From contig OY740816.1 in NCBI GenBank assembly GCA_963514005.1, positions 22,754,001 through 22,818,000 of the forward strand: a stretch of 64,000 nucleotides of DNA, written 5' to 3'. Each line of letters begins with the position of its first letter. Positions within the stretch are counted from its first letter, which is position 1. Below are positions 23,355 through 37,400 of the stretch, one piece after another. The notes beneath the pieces are model-generated. The model was not told the origin of the DNA. It was given only the letters and a program-made list of their open reading frames with translations, and did not search any database. A program made the position numbers and the translations under genes. This DNA comes from Raja brachyura. Lineage: Eukaryota.

Positions 23355-23735
23355 AGGAATGCTTCATATTACGAAGGCATGTCAGGCAGCAGCTCCTGGT
23401 TCAGGATTGCAATTTTTCGTCCCACTCGGATGAAAGGAGTGGTGGAGATGGTACCAAAGTGATGCACATATGCCTGAAGCAGCTCCTGGTTCAGGGTTGC
23501 AATCTTCCTCCCACTCGGATGAACAAAGTGATGGAGATGGTGCCGAAGTATATGCACACATGCCTAAGGCAGCTCCTGGTTCAGGGTTGCATAAGCCCTC
23601 CCACTCGAATGAATGAAGTGATGGAGATGGTGCCAATTATTATGCTCCATATTATGGAAGCATGCACAGACAGTCCAAGGCATACGCATATGGCAATGCC
23701 TGGTTCAGGGTGCAACTTTTTCTCCCACTCCAAGA
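23355..23735 (+). repeat. 90-bp tandem repeat (~4 units) inside the DIRS copy-3 gag region
   Basis: gcagctcctggttcagg recurs at 23389, 23479 and 23569, with a diverged unit at ~23698. Confidence 0.85.
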
Positions 23736-25034
23736 GTGCCAGAGATCAGTATGGACTGACCCCAAACATGACCCCGAACATGACTATGTGCCGGGATCCC
23801 ATGCTTTAATGCATGATATGCGACAATCGCATAAGGAAGAACTGTGTGCACTTGCCTCTAAAATTGCTGTTCCCTCGTGGACGGACAAGCCACTACAAGA
23901 GGAATTGGCCAGCGGCATCAGCTATCTAACAAAATGACTAGCATGATAGATAGGGTATGCAATTGGAACTTCACTGAAGCTCCAAAAAAGAAAATAGACC
24001 CGGGGTTAGAGACGCTGGTAAGTAAGGTCTCGTTATTAACCTCCATAAACTCCGAAATGGAGCAGTCTGTTGGCCCAGGTTGGGTTTACGGCCAGCATGA
24101 GCTGTCTAGTCAGTTTCACTGTCTCTGGGATAGATCAGGTTGATGTAGAGACATTGGCAAGGTGCCTCGTTTTCCCACATCTAAGGGAGACTGTGGTTTC
24201 AGCTCTAGTCATTAACTGCTGATTATATGTTATCAGTGATATGTATGAATAACTAGATAATGCATTTTCCGCGGGTAGGAAAGCCAAAATAAATAAATAA
24301 ATAAATAAATTCTGTCCGTGATATCAATAAAGGAACAGCAGTTCCGAGTGCAATCAGTGACAACTCATCCGGGGATGAGTGCTCTGGCCAAGGACTAGAG
24401 GGGTATATTTCTGATACTTCTCTTCTTCTTTCGTGTGGCGGCACAGCCTAAAGTTGTTGGACCACGTGAAGGTTGCAATCTCCCACCCCTGATACTTCTC
24501 AAGATTACAGAAATATGATGCAGGCCAAATCGGGTTAGCATAAGGATAGTTGGATTATGGGTTTACTTACCCAGTTTAGATGGATGCAATTTAACTGACT
24601 CAGAGAATCAATCTTGTAGTTGCACACTCTGTCATATCTATACACATAAGACACAGAATCTGTTATTTTGATAAGAAAGTTAGTGGTGAAAGCCTATGCT
24701 GCCCCTTCTCAGATTAGAGGGCATTATGTCATCGAGTTTTAGGTAATATGCAAAAATTGCGGCTGATGAAACCTATGGGTTGTCGGTAGATATATTTTGC
24801 GATACTACATATGAGGCAACATGAAATTTAACAGTACCAATTTGCCTATTCTATCACGCCATGGTAGGCGACTGAAGCAACTCTTGCTGGGACAGCCTGT
24901 CTTCTCGGGCAGCTAGCTCTGCACGATTGTATGAGAAGCTTCTGAACAACAAATGTGACTCAATTTTAAAACGGAAGTAACAGGGGTGTGTATGGCTTCC
25001 AGTATGGCTAAAGAAGCTTTTATGTGATAGCACA

Positions 25035-25572
25035 ATTCAGATTCAGATTCAGATTCAATTTTAATTGTCATTGTCAGTGTACAGTACAGAGACAACGAAA
25101 TGCATTTAGCATCTCCCTGGAAGAGCGACACAGCAAATGATTTGAATAAATAATAATAAGTGTCCGGGGGGGGGGGGGGGGGTGATTGGCAGTCACCGAG
25201 GTACGTTGTTGAGTAGCGTGACAGCCGCCGGAAAGAAGCTGTTCCTGGACCTGCTGGTTCGGCAACGGAGAGACCTGTAGCGCCTCCCGGATGGTAGGAG
25301 GGTAAACAGTCCATGGTTGGGGTGAGAGAGGTCCTTGGCGATGCTGAGCGCCCTCCGCAGACAACGCTTGCTTTGGACAGACTCGATGGAGGGGAGCGAG
25401 GAACCGGTGATGCGTTGGGCAATTTTCACCACCCTCTGCAATGCCTTCCGGTCGGAGACAGAGCAGTTGCCATACCAAACTATGATGCAGTTGGTAAGGA
25501 GGCTCTCGATGGTGCAGCGGTAGAAGTTCACCAGGATCTGAGGAGACAGATGGACCTTCTTCAGTCTCCTCA
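25035..25572 (-). mobile_element. Rex1/Babar LINE 3' fragment nested in DIRS copy 3
   Basis: LRRLKK...FYRCTIES...LPSGRRYRS...FFP; (CTGAAT)n tail at ~25035-25058. Confidence 0.85.
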
Positions 25573-27047
25573 GTTGCAATTGACATTGCTTGTGCTGCTT
25601 TATCATTTCTGTAGTACATAAGTGGGACATAAATGATTGGTTCTTCACCAACTGTTCTCTAATGTTATGCAGGGTGTCTTTTATTTGACTAATAGCCTAC
25701 ATTCATTGTAATGTGCGATATACATCAGTAAATTGTTATGCAAATATTCCTCTAGTTTTCCTAATGGGACTAGTATCTTAAGATGATTATGCTTTCAGCA
25801 ACTGATCTCATCAGGGATGTCATTAGGTATACAAGTGCACTCAGTTGCTAGTGCCTATGACAAGGAAGATAGTTCTTTTCTTATTCAGTAGTCTCAAGAT
25901 ATTGCTGATGGCTCATTAGCAGCCAATAGAATGGATTTCCCTTTCATCATACAGCATGAGGTTTACATAGTGCAGGTTAATAAATTATAAAATTTGGTGG
26001 AATATGTCTGGATATTTGCAGATCATATTATGCGCAGTGTTACATGAGTTATTGTCTAACTCAACAGTCTATTGGGACTACGGTCCAGTTAAGACCAATG
26101 GCCATGTCTGCAAGTTAGCATCATGATATTAATAACTCATGTTTTTTCCTACCATTATGGTTTATCTCTTTAAGTGTTTCACACACAGATTGTGTCACTG
26201 CATGAAACCACAGATCTTCTAAATCTTCACGTAGTCATTCACGTGACTGCAAAATAAAATAAAAAGATTATAAATAAAATATAATAAAATAGAAAGAAAG
26301 TGAGGGATTACGTGCCCTCCACTCCCAACCCTATTCTCATAAAGATCATTCGGTGGTTCTAGACCTTTAATCTTCCTATAACTTAGGTCAGCAACTATGC
26401 TGTGGTTTCATACAGCTACTTTGAAGATTGACACGCATGCGGGCTGGCGGGCTCTTCACGTAATACCTCACTTCAACTTCTCATAAAATAAAGATCCAAC
26501 TTCAAACGGTAAGTTCTCGCATAATCTTTCTATTAATGTCAGTTCCCAGTTAAATCCCACTCCAATTGTCCAGGCATCTCTATGGGTTACCACATCTTAC
26601 ACGTGGAGGATCTGGAAGAAAGACTTTGGAAACCACATGATTTAATTTGTGGTAAAGTTTTATCAGGTAGCCCACAAAAACATTATATCACATGAAATAA
26701 TTTCTGGCCAGTATATTTTAGTTGGAAATTGTTCAAACATTTCTGGATGACAAGCCTAACGCCTACGTTGGTCATCATTCGTGTATGGTTTGGGAACAAA
26801 AAACCATTACTATGCATCTTTCAGCGAGAGTTCAAGTTCAAGTTCACATTTATTGCCACATGCACCAGTTAAGGTACAGTGGAATTTGATTTACCATGCA
26901 GCCACACAATCAAAATGAGCACAATACACAATAGAATATAACATGAACATCCACCACAGTGGAATCAACATTCTTCACTGTGGTGGAAGGCAATAACGTT
27001 CAGTCCGTCCTCCTTTGTTCCTTCAGTTATCCTTGTATTGTGACGTA

Positions 27048-27775
27048 AACATAGAAACATAGAAATTAGGTGCAGGAGTAGGCCATTCGGCCCTTCGAGC
27101 CTGCACCGCCATTCAATATGATCATGTCTGATCATCCAACTCAGTATCCTGTACCTGCCTTCTCTCCATATCCTCTGATCCCCTTAGCCACAAGGGCCAC
27201 ATCCAACTCCCTCTTAAATATAGCCAATGAACTGGCCTCAACTACCCTCTGTGGCAGAGGGTTTCAGAGACCCACCACTCTCTATGTGAAAAAAGTCCTT
27301 CTCATCTCGGTCCTAAAGGATTTCCCCCTTATCCTTAAGCTGTGACCCCTTGTCCTGGACCTCCCAAACATCGGGAACAATCTTCCTGCATCTAGCCTGT
27401 CCAACCCCTTAAGAATTTTGTAAGTTTCTATAAGATCCTCCCCCTCTCAATCACTCAATCTCCTATATTCTAGAGAGTGTAAACCGAGTCTATGCAGTCT
27501 TTGTTCATAAGACAGTCCTGACATCCCAGGAATCAGTCCGGTGAACCTTCTCTGCACTCCCTCTATGGCAATAATTTCCTTCCTCAGATTTGGAGACCAG
27601 AACTGCACGCAATACTCCAGGTGTGGTCTCACCAAGACCCTATACAACTGAAGTAAAACCTCCCTGTTCCTATACTCAAATGCTTTTGCTATGAAAGCTA
27701 ACATACCATTTGCTTTCTTCACTGCCTGCTGCACCTCCATGCCTACTTTAAATGACTGGTGCACCATGACTGGTG
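27048..27775 (-). mobile_element. CR1 3' fragment
   Basis: Same subfamily as 20940-21600, in reverse orientation. Confidence 0.85.
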
Positions 27776-28984
27776 TAATATCTCAACTCTCTCACGCCCA
27801 ACTGACCTGACTCGCATGTTACTGCAAGTATTCTTGCCGAAGGGGAAGGAATTTTACTTTTGTGATTGAAAGGGAAGGTTCACCTAGTAATTTCTGTTAT
27901 TTAATTCAATGTTAAACACTAATAGATAGAAACACATTGACAACTCAGAAGGTATAAAATAAACTTGAATGCCACATTTGAATCTTCTCAATAAATGCTG
28001 CTTTTTTGAGTTTGATAATTAGTTCATTATCAGACTATCTTTGATTGGACTCTACTGGCTTTATCTTGCACTAAACGTTATTCCCTTCATGGAGTATCTG
28101 CACACTGTGGACGGCTCAATTGTAATCATGTATTGTCTTTCTACCGACTGGTTAGCACGTGACAAAAGCTTTTCTCGGTACCTCGGTGACAATAAACTAA
28201 ACTCCAGCCTGGGAGGAATGTAGCCAGCCTGTGTTTAAAAATCAGTACACTTCGGTTGTATTTTCATCCCATTAAAGTTATGCCACCTCTACCAATAGTG
28301 AGATCGCTGAGAGAACCAGCGTAATGTGTGGCGTCTGTGTTGGACACTCACACAATGCACTGGCTGAGACGTGGAGGTCACGGGGAGAAGGTACAAACTC
28401 CGTACAGACATCACCCGTAATCAGGATCGAACTCGGATCTCTGGGCTGTGAGGTAGCAACTCTACCACTGCGCCACCATGCCGCCCCTAAATGTAGATGA
28501 CAAGTGGTGTGGGTGAAGGACATGTCCATGGGGTCAAGGGCAAGTCGCCAAATTAGATCCAAACGTTACTTGGTATGAGAAGATACATGGCTGATGAAGA
28601 GTGTGGGCTTTGTGGTTGGAAGCACATGACCAGTGATTACCAACAGAGACTAGTGCTGACATTCTATCCATGAACAACGTGGATATGAATGTAGGAAGTC
28701 TGAGGAGTAAGCTTGCAGATGAGGCTAACACTGATGGTAGTGTTGAATAGGCTGCAGGATGATGTAGATGGGCCGAGCTTCTATACCTTTTAGGGAGTCA
28801 TCGTCTATTCCTGGAATCACAGCCTCTGTAGGCGTGGGAGTCGTAGGTTTTAACTGTAGGAACTTGATGTAGTTGAGCTGATTGAGCACAGAAGCAATGA
28901 GTGCCTGGCTCTGTTGCAATATCAAATATACAATCTTGAGATGTAGGAAAACTTTAGCAGAGAACAGTATGCGGAAACTTGTAG

Positions 28985-29392
28985 AGGTGTACAATAGATC
29001 TTATAGAGGTGTACAAAAACATGAGAGGAATAGATTGGGTAGATGCACAGAGTGTCTTGCCCAGAGTAGGGGAATCGAGGACCAGAGGACATAGGTTCAA
29101 GGTGAAGGGGTAAAGATTTAATAAGAATCCAAGGGGTGACTTTTTCACTCAAAGGGAGGTGGGTGTATGGAACAAGCTGCCAGAGGAGGTAGTTGAAGCT
29201 GGGACTATCCCATCGTTTAAGAAACAGTTATTCAGGACATTTGATAGGACAGGTTTGGAGGGATATGGACCAAGCGGAGGCTAGTGGGATATGGACCAAG
29301 CGGAGGCTAGTGTAGCTGTGACATTGTTGGCCGGTGTGGGCAAGTTGGGCCGAAGGGCCTGTTTCCACACTGTATCACTCTATGACTCTTTG
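28985..29392 (+). mobile_element. CR1 3' fragment
   Basis: DLIEVYKNMRGIDWVD...FFTQREVGVWNKLP; (ACTCTATG) tail. Confidence 0.75.
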
Positions 29393-29986
29393 ACTGTGGC
29401 TAATGCTGTGAGATCATCCATGTTGAGGTGAGAAAACAGCTGTAGTTACTGTCAAAGCCAACACTGGTGCGAATAGGTTCTTTTTTCCAACATTTGTGTT
29501 TAATATTGCTTCACCAATAAGCTACATTTTCTTCAAAAATATATTCTGTTTACTTGTACAAATGTATCATTAGAAACAGCCCTTGTTATATCATTACCGA
29601 CATCTTCGCTTAGTGGTTAGAAATATGAGTAGCATGGTTGGAAAAATCGCCTTGACAAGAAATGGCTTAAGGCTGTACATGCAGTGAAATACACAGTATG
29701 TATTCAGGAACCAGTGACAACAAAAGCCTAATATATGACTGTGAAATTAATGCTATAACAGGCACAATATAATACAGAATAAACAATTTGCTTGATAGAG
29801 TCTACAGTGTTGTTAACATCAGGAGGCCCAACGCTGTGAAAAGTGCGAGCCTGATGATCGGGGTATTGTTGAAATGGGGGGGGAAAGAGTCAAAATGGAT
29901 CGAGGAGTTAGAATTCAATCAGCATGAAAAGTAAGTGAGAAAAAGAAAAAGATAAACACTACAACTATGCAAATAGACAAGAGGCT

Positions 29987-30330
29987 ATCACTGTGTAACA
30001 CTCGGGTACGGTACTGGTGAGGACACGTCTGTCACTGTGTGACACTGGGGTACTGTAGCGGGGACATGTCTGTAACTGTATAACACTGGGATACAATACT
30101 GATGGGGATAACTCTGTCACTGGGGTACAATACTGATGGGGACACGTCTGTCACCATGTAACACTGGGGTACAGTACTGGTGATAACTCTGTCACTGTGT
30201 AACACTGGGGTACAGTACTGATGGGGATAACTGTCACCATGTAACACTGGGGTACAATACTGATGGGGACAGGTCCGTCACTGTGTAACACTGGGGTGCA
30301 AACCTGTCATGTAAAACACTGGGATACAGT
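29987..30330 (+). repeat. ~40-bp minisatellite downstream of the ICAM-like stop codon
   Basis: Unit ~ gtcactgtgtaacactggggtacagtactgatggggac repeated about 8 times with variation. Confidence 0.85.
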
Positions 30331-31135
30331 ATTCTAGAGCACTAAGTGCAATTCCACTGATTACTCTAGCAGAGAAATCATTTGACTTACTCTCCCTCTG
30401 GCGAGTGGGAATCAGGATGAATAAGAGTTTGTAAATTAACATGAATGAATACTGAGCATTGTGTAGTTGGAGGAGGTTACAGGGATAGGAAGGGATGCGA
30501 GTATGGCAATACTTAAACAAGAGGATGAGACGACAGGCACAAAAGGCTGGAGTAACTCAGAGAGTCAGGCAGCATATCTGGAGAAAGGAAATAGGTGATG
30601 TTTCAGGTTGAAATCCTTCTTCAAACTGAAGAAGGGTCTCGACCCATAACATCACCTATTCCATTTCTTCAGAGATGTTGCCTGACCCGCTGAGTTACTC
30701 CAGCCTTTTGTGTCTGTCTTTGGTTTAAACCAGCATCTGCAGTTCCTTCCTAGACAAGAGGGTGAGAATACTGGGAAAGGCATCGACTCGCATTTTATCC
30801 ATTTATGACAATTTTTTATGAGACAACATTCACGTAATTTAAGCAAGTAGTTCACCTGAAGGATTATTTCCCCAAGTGTGTGATCCAATGTCCATTCCAA
30901 TCAATGGGAAGAAAAGTCACATGGCTCTGATGTTCTCGGAGCTGGCTTTGATGCCAGCGTTCTGGTATCAGTTCAGAGTTTGACGAATGGACTCAAAAAT
31001 GACCCAAAATTCAGAACATTCCTGAGAATGAACTGTTGTTACATTTCCTAGAGTAAGTGCCATCAGTCGACTGTAACATTGCAATCTGGAGCCGCCTCAG
31101 TAACAACATTCAGACAATTATTGTGATATGTCCGT

Positions 31136-31416
31136 CTAACTGACAGGTGTAATACAACTTTTATTATTTGGACCAGTCTGTGAGTTATTGTCATTGCCGT
31201 TTGAAATCACTTCCTGCAAAGGAATAGTGTCCAGAGGTTCATTCACACGAGGGATTTCTTGGTTTTTGCTGGGTGTTGGATTCAGTAGATTATATTTTCC
31301 AGATTTCCGAGCTCTGTCAATCCACCAACAGATGTATATTATTATTGCTATTGCCACCAATATTATTAACACCACAACTATTAGAATGATGGTGATATCC
31401 CTTGTCGATTCTTCAC
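31136..31416 (-). CDS. Exon 6, transmembrane helix and cytoplasmic tail
   Basis: Acceptor ttttccacag. Hydrophobic run ITIILIVVVLIILVAIAIIIYICWW, then RARKSGKYNL, stop TAG at 31136-31138. Confidence 0.88.
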
Positions 31417-34400
31417 CTGTGGAAAATTCACAAAAACCATTACACAATCATCATCCGTACCGAGCAAATACATCTACTGTAATACTACAGATCCTTTCTT
31501 TCCAAATTCCATGAATTTTACTTGCACTCATTTGCAGGTATAATTTACTTATAATCTTCCGAACTACTATCTACATCATCCGGGCCCCTCGAACTATCTT
31601 TGATCGGACTTTGCTGGTTAAACCTGCACTAAACATTATTCCCTTCTCATGTATCTGTACACTGTGAACGGCTCGATTGTAATCATGTATTGTCTTTCCA
31701 CTGGCTGGTTAGCACACAACAAAAGCTTTTCATGTACCTCAGTACATGTGACAATAAACTAAACTAAACCAATATTTTCTCATATTTATAAAGACATTGT
31801 GCCTACAAAAGGCATGGCATGCTACTCGATGGCCAATGAAATATTTTTTGCAGAATAAAGTCCATTTCATTTAGCTTAGTTTAGCAATAGTGTGGAAACA
31901 GGCTCTTCGGCGCACCGAGTCTATGCCAACCATCAATAACCCATTCACATTAGTTCAATGTTATCCCACTAACTGGAGATACCAGAGAAAACGTACACAG
32001 GTCACGGGAAGAATGTACAAACTCTGTACAGACAGCACCCATAGTCAGGATCAAACCCGGGTCTTTGATGGTGTAAGGCAGCAACTCTACTGCTGCGCCA
32101 CTGTGCCGCCCGCATGTTCTAATGCCTTGTCTGAAAGGTGGCACCTCAGAGACTCTTTGCCAGTATTCACCAAAAGCAAATTGGGTGATGCCTTGTAGAG
32201 GTATCTGTACAAGGCTTCTGTTCAACCATAAGGGCAACTCTAAACTTTTGGTACCTGAAACTACAGTTCTCCATCCCAGGCAGCATCCCTGGAGAACATG
32301 GAGAGGTGACGTTTTGGGTCAGGACCCTTCTTCAGACAGTGGCAAACATTTGAGTGTCCAGAAATTGACCAAGGCTCATTTTTCTACCTGTCGTTATTTC
32401 ATTATTTTGGTGTTACTATTAATGTGTTAATCAGAGAGTGAAGTCACAGAATATTCTCAAGAGTTCTCAGAATTGCGGACTACCGGAAGTTTCCTTGTGT
32501 TAATTGTCTGCTAAGCATGTTTGCTGTAGACACTGGGGTTGCTGAAGGTTGTGACATGGCCAAGATTGCTTCAACAAAGGCATTGGTGGACAAACGGACT
32601 CCTTTACATTAGGCTGAGAGTGGTTAGCCTAACATAAAGTCGTACGGCTGCTACTCTTGCCTGGAGTCAGGAGATTAGTGGTTCAAGTCCCGAACACCAG
32701 GATATTCCAGGGACACAAAGGTATTCCAGGGAAACACTGACAAAGCATCTCTGAGCCACATTTTTTTGGTATGGCTGTATGGTAATTCGCCTGTCACTGT
32801 ACCTTAATTGGTACACGTGGCAATAAACAGACCTTTGAACCTTTGAAGGTCAACGGCTGTATCCTTCATGTCTGTGGTTGGCATTGTGAGTTGTATTTAG
32901 AACAGGCCCACAGGAGCCGTTGGAAGAGGAGGAGGGGGAGGAGCAACACCCGACCGGTAAGGATAAAAATCCAGCGCGGGGCTTGCTTTTTCAGAGGCCC
33001 ACAGGAGCCGTTGAAAGAGGAGGAGGGGGAGGAGCAACACCCGACCGGTAAGGATAAAAATCCAGCGCGGGGCTTGTTTACCAAAATCCATACCATTCCA
33101 TTCGGAGAAGTGGTTTTTTTTTAGGAAGCCGCTGATTGGTGGGAAGTGGACTAGGGTAAGCAGTCAGATTCCGGCAGTTTGTTGTGTACTTTGTATTGTG
33201 TTGAGATTGTATCCTGTGTAAGGGGGAGTATGAAGGCCAAGGCAGTGTACTGTTGTTAATGTCAGATGTGGGAGGTCAGGGAAGCTGATAGCCCTCCAGA
33301 CGTCCACATCTGCGCCAGGTGTGTCGAGATGGGGCTCCTAAAGGACTGTGTTAGGAACCTGGAGCAACAGCTCGAGGACCTCCGTCTGGTCAGGGAGAGT
33401 GAGGAGGTCATAGACAGGAGTTACAGGGAGGTGGTCACTCCCAGACCACGGGAGGCAGACAAGTGGGTCACTGATAGGAAGGGCAAAGGGCAGAGGCAGG
33501 GACTAGAGAGTACCTTGGTGGCTGTACACCTGGAAAATAGGTACTCATGTTTGAGTTCGATTGGAGCAGACAGCCTACCTGGGGGCAGCAACAGCAGCCG
33601 GGCCTCCGGCACAGAGAACGGCCCTGATGCTCAGAAGGGTAGCAAAAAGAGGAGGGCAATTGTAATAGGGGACTCCATAGTTAGGGGGTCAGATTGGCGA
33701 TTCTGTGGACGCAGTCGGGAGACCCGGATGGTAGTTTGCCTCCCTGGTGCCAGGGTCTCGGATGTGTCGGAACGTGTCGAAAAGATTCTGAAAGGGGAGG
33801 GAGAGGAGCCTGATGTTGTGGTACACATTGGTACCAATGACATAGGCAGAAAAAGAGAAGAGGTCCTGAAAGGAGAATTTAGGGAGTTGGGGGGAAAGTT
33901 AAGGAGAAGGACCAAAAGAGTAACAATTTCAGGATTACTGCCTGTGCCACATGACAGTGAGAGTAGAAATGGAATGAGGTGGAGGATAAATGCGTGGTTG
34001 AGGGACTGGTGCAGTGGGCAGGGATTCAAGTTTCTTGATCACTGGGACCTCTTTTGGGGAAGGCATGATCTGTATAAAAAGGACGGGTTGCACTTGAACC
34101 CGAGGGGAACCAATATCCTGGCGGGGAGATTTGCAAAGAAGACTTTAAACTAGAAAGGCTGGGGGGAGGGACTCGGGTAGAGGGGGATAGGGGACAGTGT
34201 GAGGGGCAAGAGACAGAGAAGGGAAGCGCTCAGACCCAAAATGTAAGTGAGAAAGAGGAAAAAGATAATAAACAGAGAATAAGGGACGGTGGGTTTCTAA
34301 AATGTGTATATTTTAATGCTAGGAGCATTGTAAGAAAGGTGGATGAACTTAGAGCCTGGATTGACACCTGGAAATATGATGTTGTGGCAATCAGTGAAAC

Positions 34401-37400
34401 ATGGTTGCAGGAGGGCTGTGATTGGAAACTAAATATTCCAGGATTTCGTTGCTTCAAGTGTGATAGAATTGGAGGGACCAGAGGTGGAAGGGTTGCATTG
34501 CTTGTCAGAGAAGATATTACAGCAGTGCTTTGGCAGGATAGATTAGAGGGCTCGTCTAGGGACGCTATTTGGGTGGAACTGAGAAGTGGGAACGGTGTAG
34601 CAACACTTTTAGGGGTGTATTATAGACCGCCAAATGGGGAGCGAGAATTGGAAGAGCTAATATGTAAGGAGATAGCAGATATTAGTAGTAAGCACAAGGT
34701 AGTGATTGTGGGAGATTTCAATTATCCAAAAATAGACTGGGAAACACATTCTGTAAATGGGCTGGATGGTTTGGAGTTTGTTAAATGTGTGCAGGATAGT
34801 TTTTTGCAGCAATACATAGAGGTATCGACCAGAGAAGGGGCAGTGCTGGACCTCCTGTTAGGAAATGAGGCAGGTCAGGTGATGGAGGTATGCGTTGGTG
34901 AGCACTTCGGGACCAGTGATCACAATACCATTAGTTTCAATATAATTATGGAGAGAGTCAGAACTGGACCTAGGGTTGAGACTTTTGATTGGAGAAAGGC
35001 TAACTTTGAGGGAATGCGTAATGATTTAAAAGGAGTGAATTGGGACATTTTGTTTTATGGGAAGGATGTAGAAGAGAAATGGAGGACATTTAAAGGGGAA
35101 ATTGTAAGAGTACAGAATCTTTATGTCCTTGTTTGGTTGAAAGGAAATAGTAAAAATCGGAAAGAGCCATGGTTTTCAAGGGAAATTGAACACGGTCCGA
35201 AAAAAGAGAGATATCTACAATAATTATAGGAGGCATGGAGTAAATGAGGTGCTAGATGAGTATAAAGAATTTAAAAAGAATCTTAAGAAAGAAATAAGAA
35301 AAGCTAAAAGAAGATATGAGGTTGCTTTGGCAAGAAAGGTGAAAGTAAATCCAAAGGGTTTCTACAGCTATATTAATAGCAAAAGGATAACGAGGGATAA
35401 AATTGGACCATTAGAGAGCCAGAATGGACAGCTATCTGCAGAGCCAAAAGAGATGGGGGAGATATTGAACAATTTTTTTTCTTTGGTATTCACCAAGGAG
35501 AAGGATATTGAACTCTGTGAGGTAAGGGAAAAAAGTAGAGTAGCTATGGAAACTATGAGATTCAAAGAGGAGGAAGTAATGACACTTTTGAAAAATATAT
35601 AAGTGGATAAGTCCCCAGGTCCTGACAGGATATTCCCTAGCACATTGAGGGAAGTTATTGGAGAAACAGCAGGGGTTATGACAGAAATATTTCAAATGTC
35701 ATTAGAAACGGGAATAGTGCCGGAGGATTGGCGTACTGCGCATGTTGTTCCATTGTTTAAAAAGGGTTCAAAGAATAAACCTAGCAATTATAGACCTGTT
35801 AGTTTGACGTCAGTGGTGGGCAAATTAATGGAAAGGATACTTAGAGATAATATATATAAGCATCTGGATAAACAGGGTCTGATCAAGAACAGTCAACATG
35901 GATTTGTGCGTGGAAGGTCATGTTTGACAAACCTTCTTGAATTTTTTGAAGAGGTTACTAGGGAAATTGATGAGGGTAAAGCAGTGGATGTTGTCTATAT
36001 GGATTTCAGTAAGGCCTTTGACAAGGTTCCCCATGGAAGGTTGGTTAAGAAGGTTCAATCTTTGGGTGTTAATGGCGGAGTAGCAAGATGGATTCAACAG
36101 TGGCTGAATGGGAGATGCCAGAGAGTAATGGTGGATGGCTGTTTGTCAGGGTGGAAGCTGGTGACCAGTGGGGTGCCTCAGGGATCTGTGTTGGGTCCAC
36201 TGTTGTTTGTCATTTACATCAATGATCTAGATGATGGGGTGGAAAATTGGATAAGTAAGTATGCAGATGATACTAAGATGGGTGGTGCTGTGGATAATGA
36301 AGTAGATTTTCAAAGTCTACAGAGAGATTTGGGCCATTTGGAAGAGTGGGCTGAAAGATGGCAGATGGAGTTTAATGCTGATAAGTGTGAGGTGCTACAT
36401 CTTGGCAGGACAAATCAAAATAGGACGTACATGGTAAATGGTAGGGAATTGAGGAATGCTGTGGAACATAGGGATCTAGGAATAACTGTGCATAGTTCCT
36501 TGAAGGTGGAATCGCATGTAGATAGGGTGGTAAGGAAAGCTTTTGGTGTGCTGGCCTTTATAAATCAGAGCATTGAATATAGGAGTAGAGAAGTAATGTT
36601 AAAATTGTACAAGGCATTGGTGAGACCAATTCAGGAGTATGGTGTACAATTTTGGTCGCCTAATTATAGGAAGGATGTCAACAAAATAGAGAGAGTACAG
36701 AGGAGATTTACTGGAATGTTGCCTGGGTTCCAGCAACTAAGTTACAGAGAAAGGTTGAACAAGTTAGGTCTTTATTCTTTGGAGCGCAGAAGGTTAAGGG
36801 GGGACTTGATTGAGGTCTTTAAAATGATGAAAGGGATAGACAGAGTTGACGTGGATAAGCTTTTCCCATTGAGGGTAGGGAAGATTCAAACAAGAGGGCA
36901 TGACATGAGAATTAAGGGACAAAGGTTTAGGGGTAACATGAGGGGGAATTTCTTTACTCAGAGAGTGGTGGCTGTGTGGAATGATCTTCCAGCAGAAGTG
37001 GTGGAGGCAGGATCGATTTTAACATTTAAAAGTAAAGTGGATAGGTATATGGACGGGAAGGGAATGGAGGGGTATGGTCTGAGTGCAGGTAGATGGGACT
37101 AGGGGAAAATAAATGGTCGGCACGGACTGGAAGGGCCAAGAGGGCCTGTTTCCGTGCTGTAATTGTTATATGGTTAAATGATGCGTTGTGCAATATTAAT
37201 GCCTATTCTGCATTGCATGCACCCTGAAGAAGAGACAGAGTATTGCAGTAGCTCAGCGGGTCAGGCAGTATCTCAGGAGCGGCCAATCCATGGTCTCCTG
37301 AGATGTTGCCTGACCCGCTGAGTTGCTCCGGCACTCCGTGTCTTCATCTGCAACCAAATCCTTGTTGAAGGGTCTCGACCCGAAACGTCACCCATTCCTT

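Larger units (their letters stand above)
21937..26534 (+). mobile_element. DIRS1-type retrotransposon, copy 3 (old relic)
   Basis: 5' end gttttatttcgaagtcacgtgagtgaccacg...cccgccagcccgcatgcg and 3' end (26220-26534, ...cataaaataaagatcc...ggtaagttctcgcataatctttctatt) are homologous to the termini of copies 1 and 2. Gag remnant KPLQEELASGISYLT (~23890-23935). Confidence 0.8.
32880..37176 (+). mobile_element. Near full-length CR1 LINE in intron 5 of the ICAM-like gene (antisense to it)
   Basis: 5' UTR with two ~82-bp direct repeats (period 91). ORF1 ~33229-34153; ORF2 APE (34339-35223) and RT (35603-37102) broken by two frameshifts; CR1 3' tail. The 5' boundary is approximate. Confidence 0.93.
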
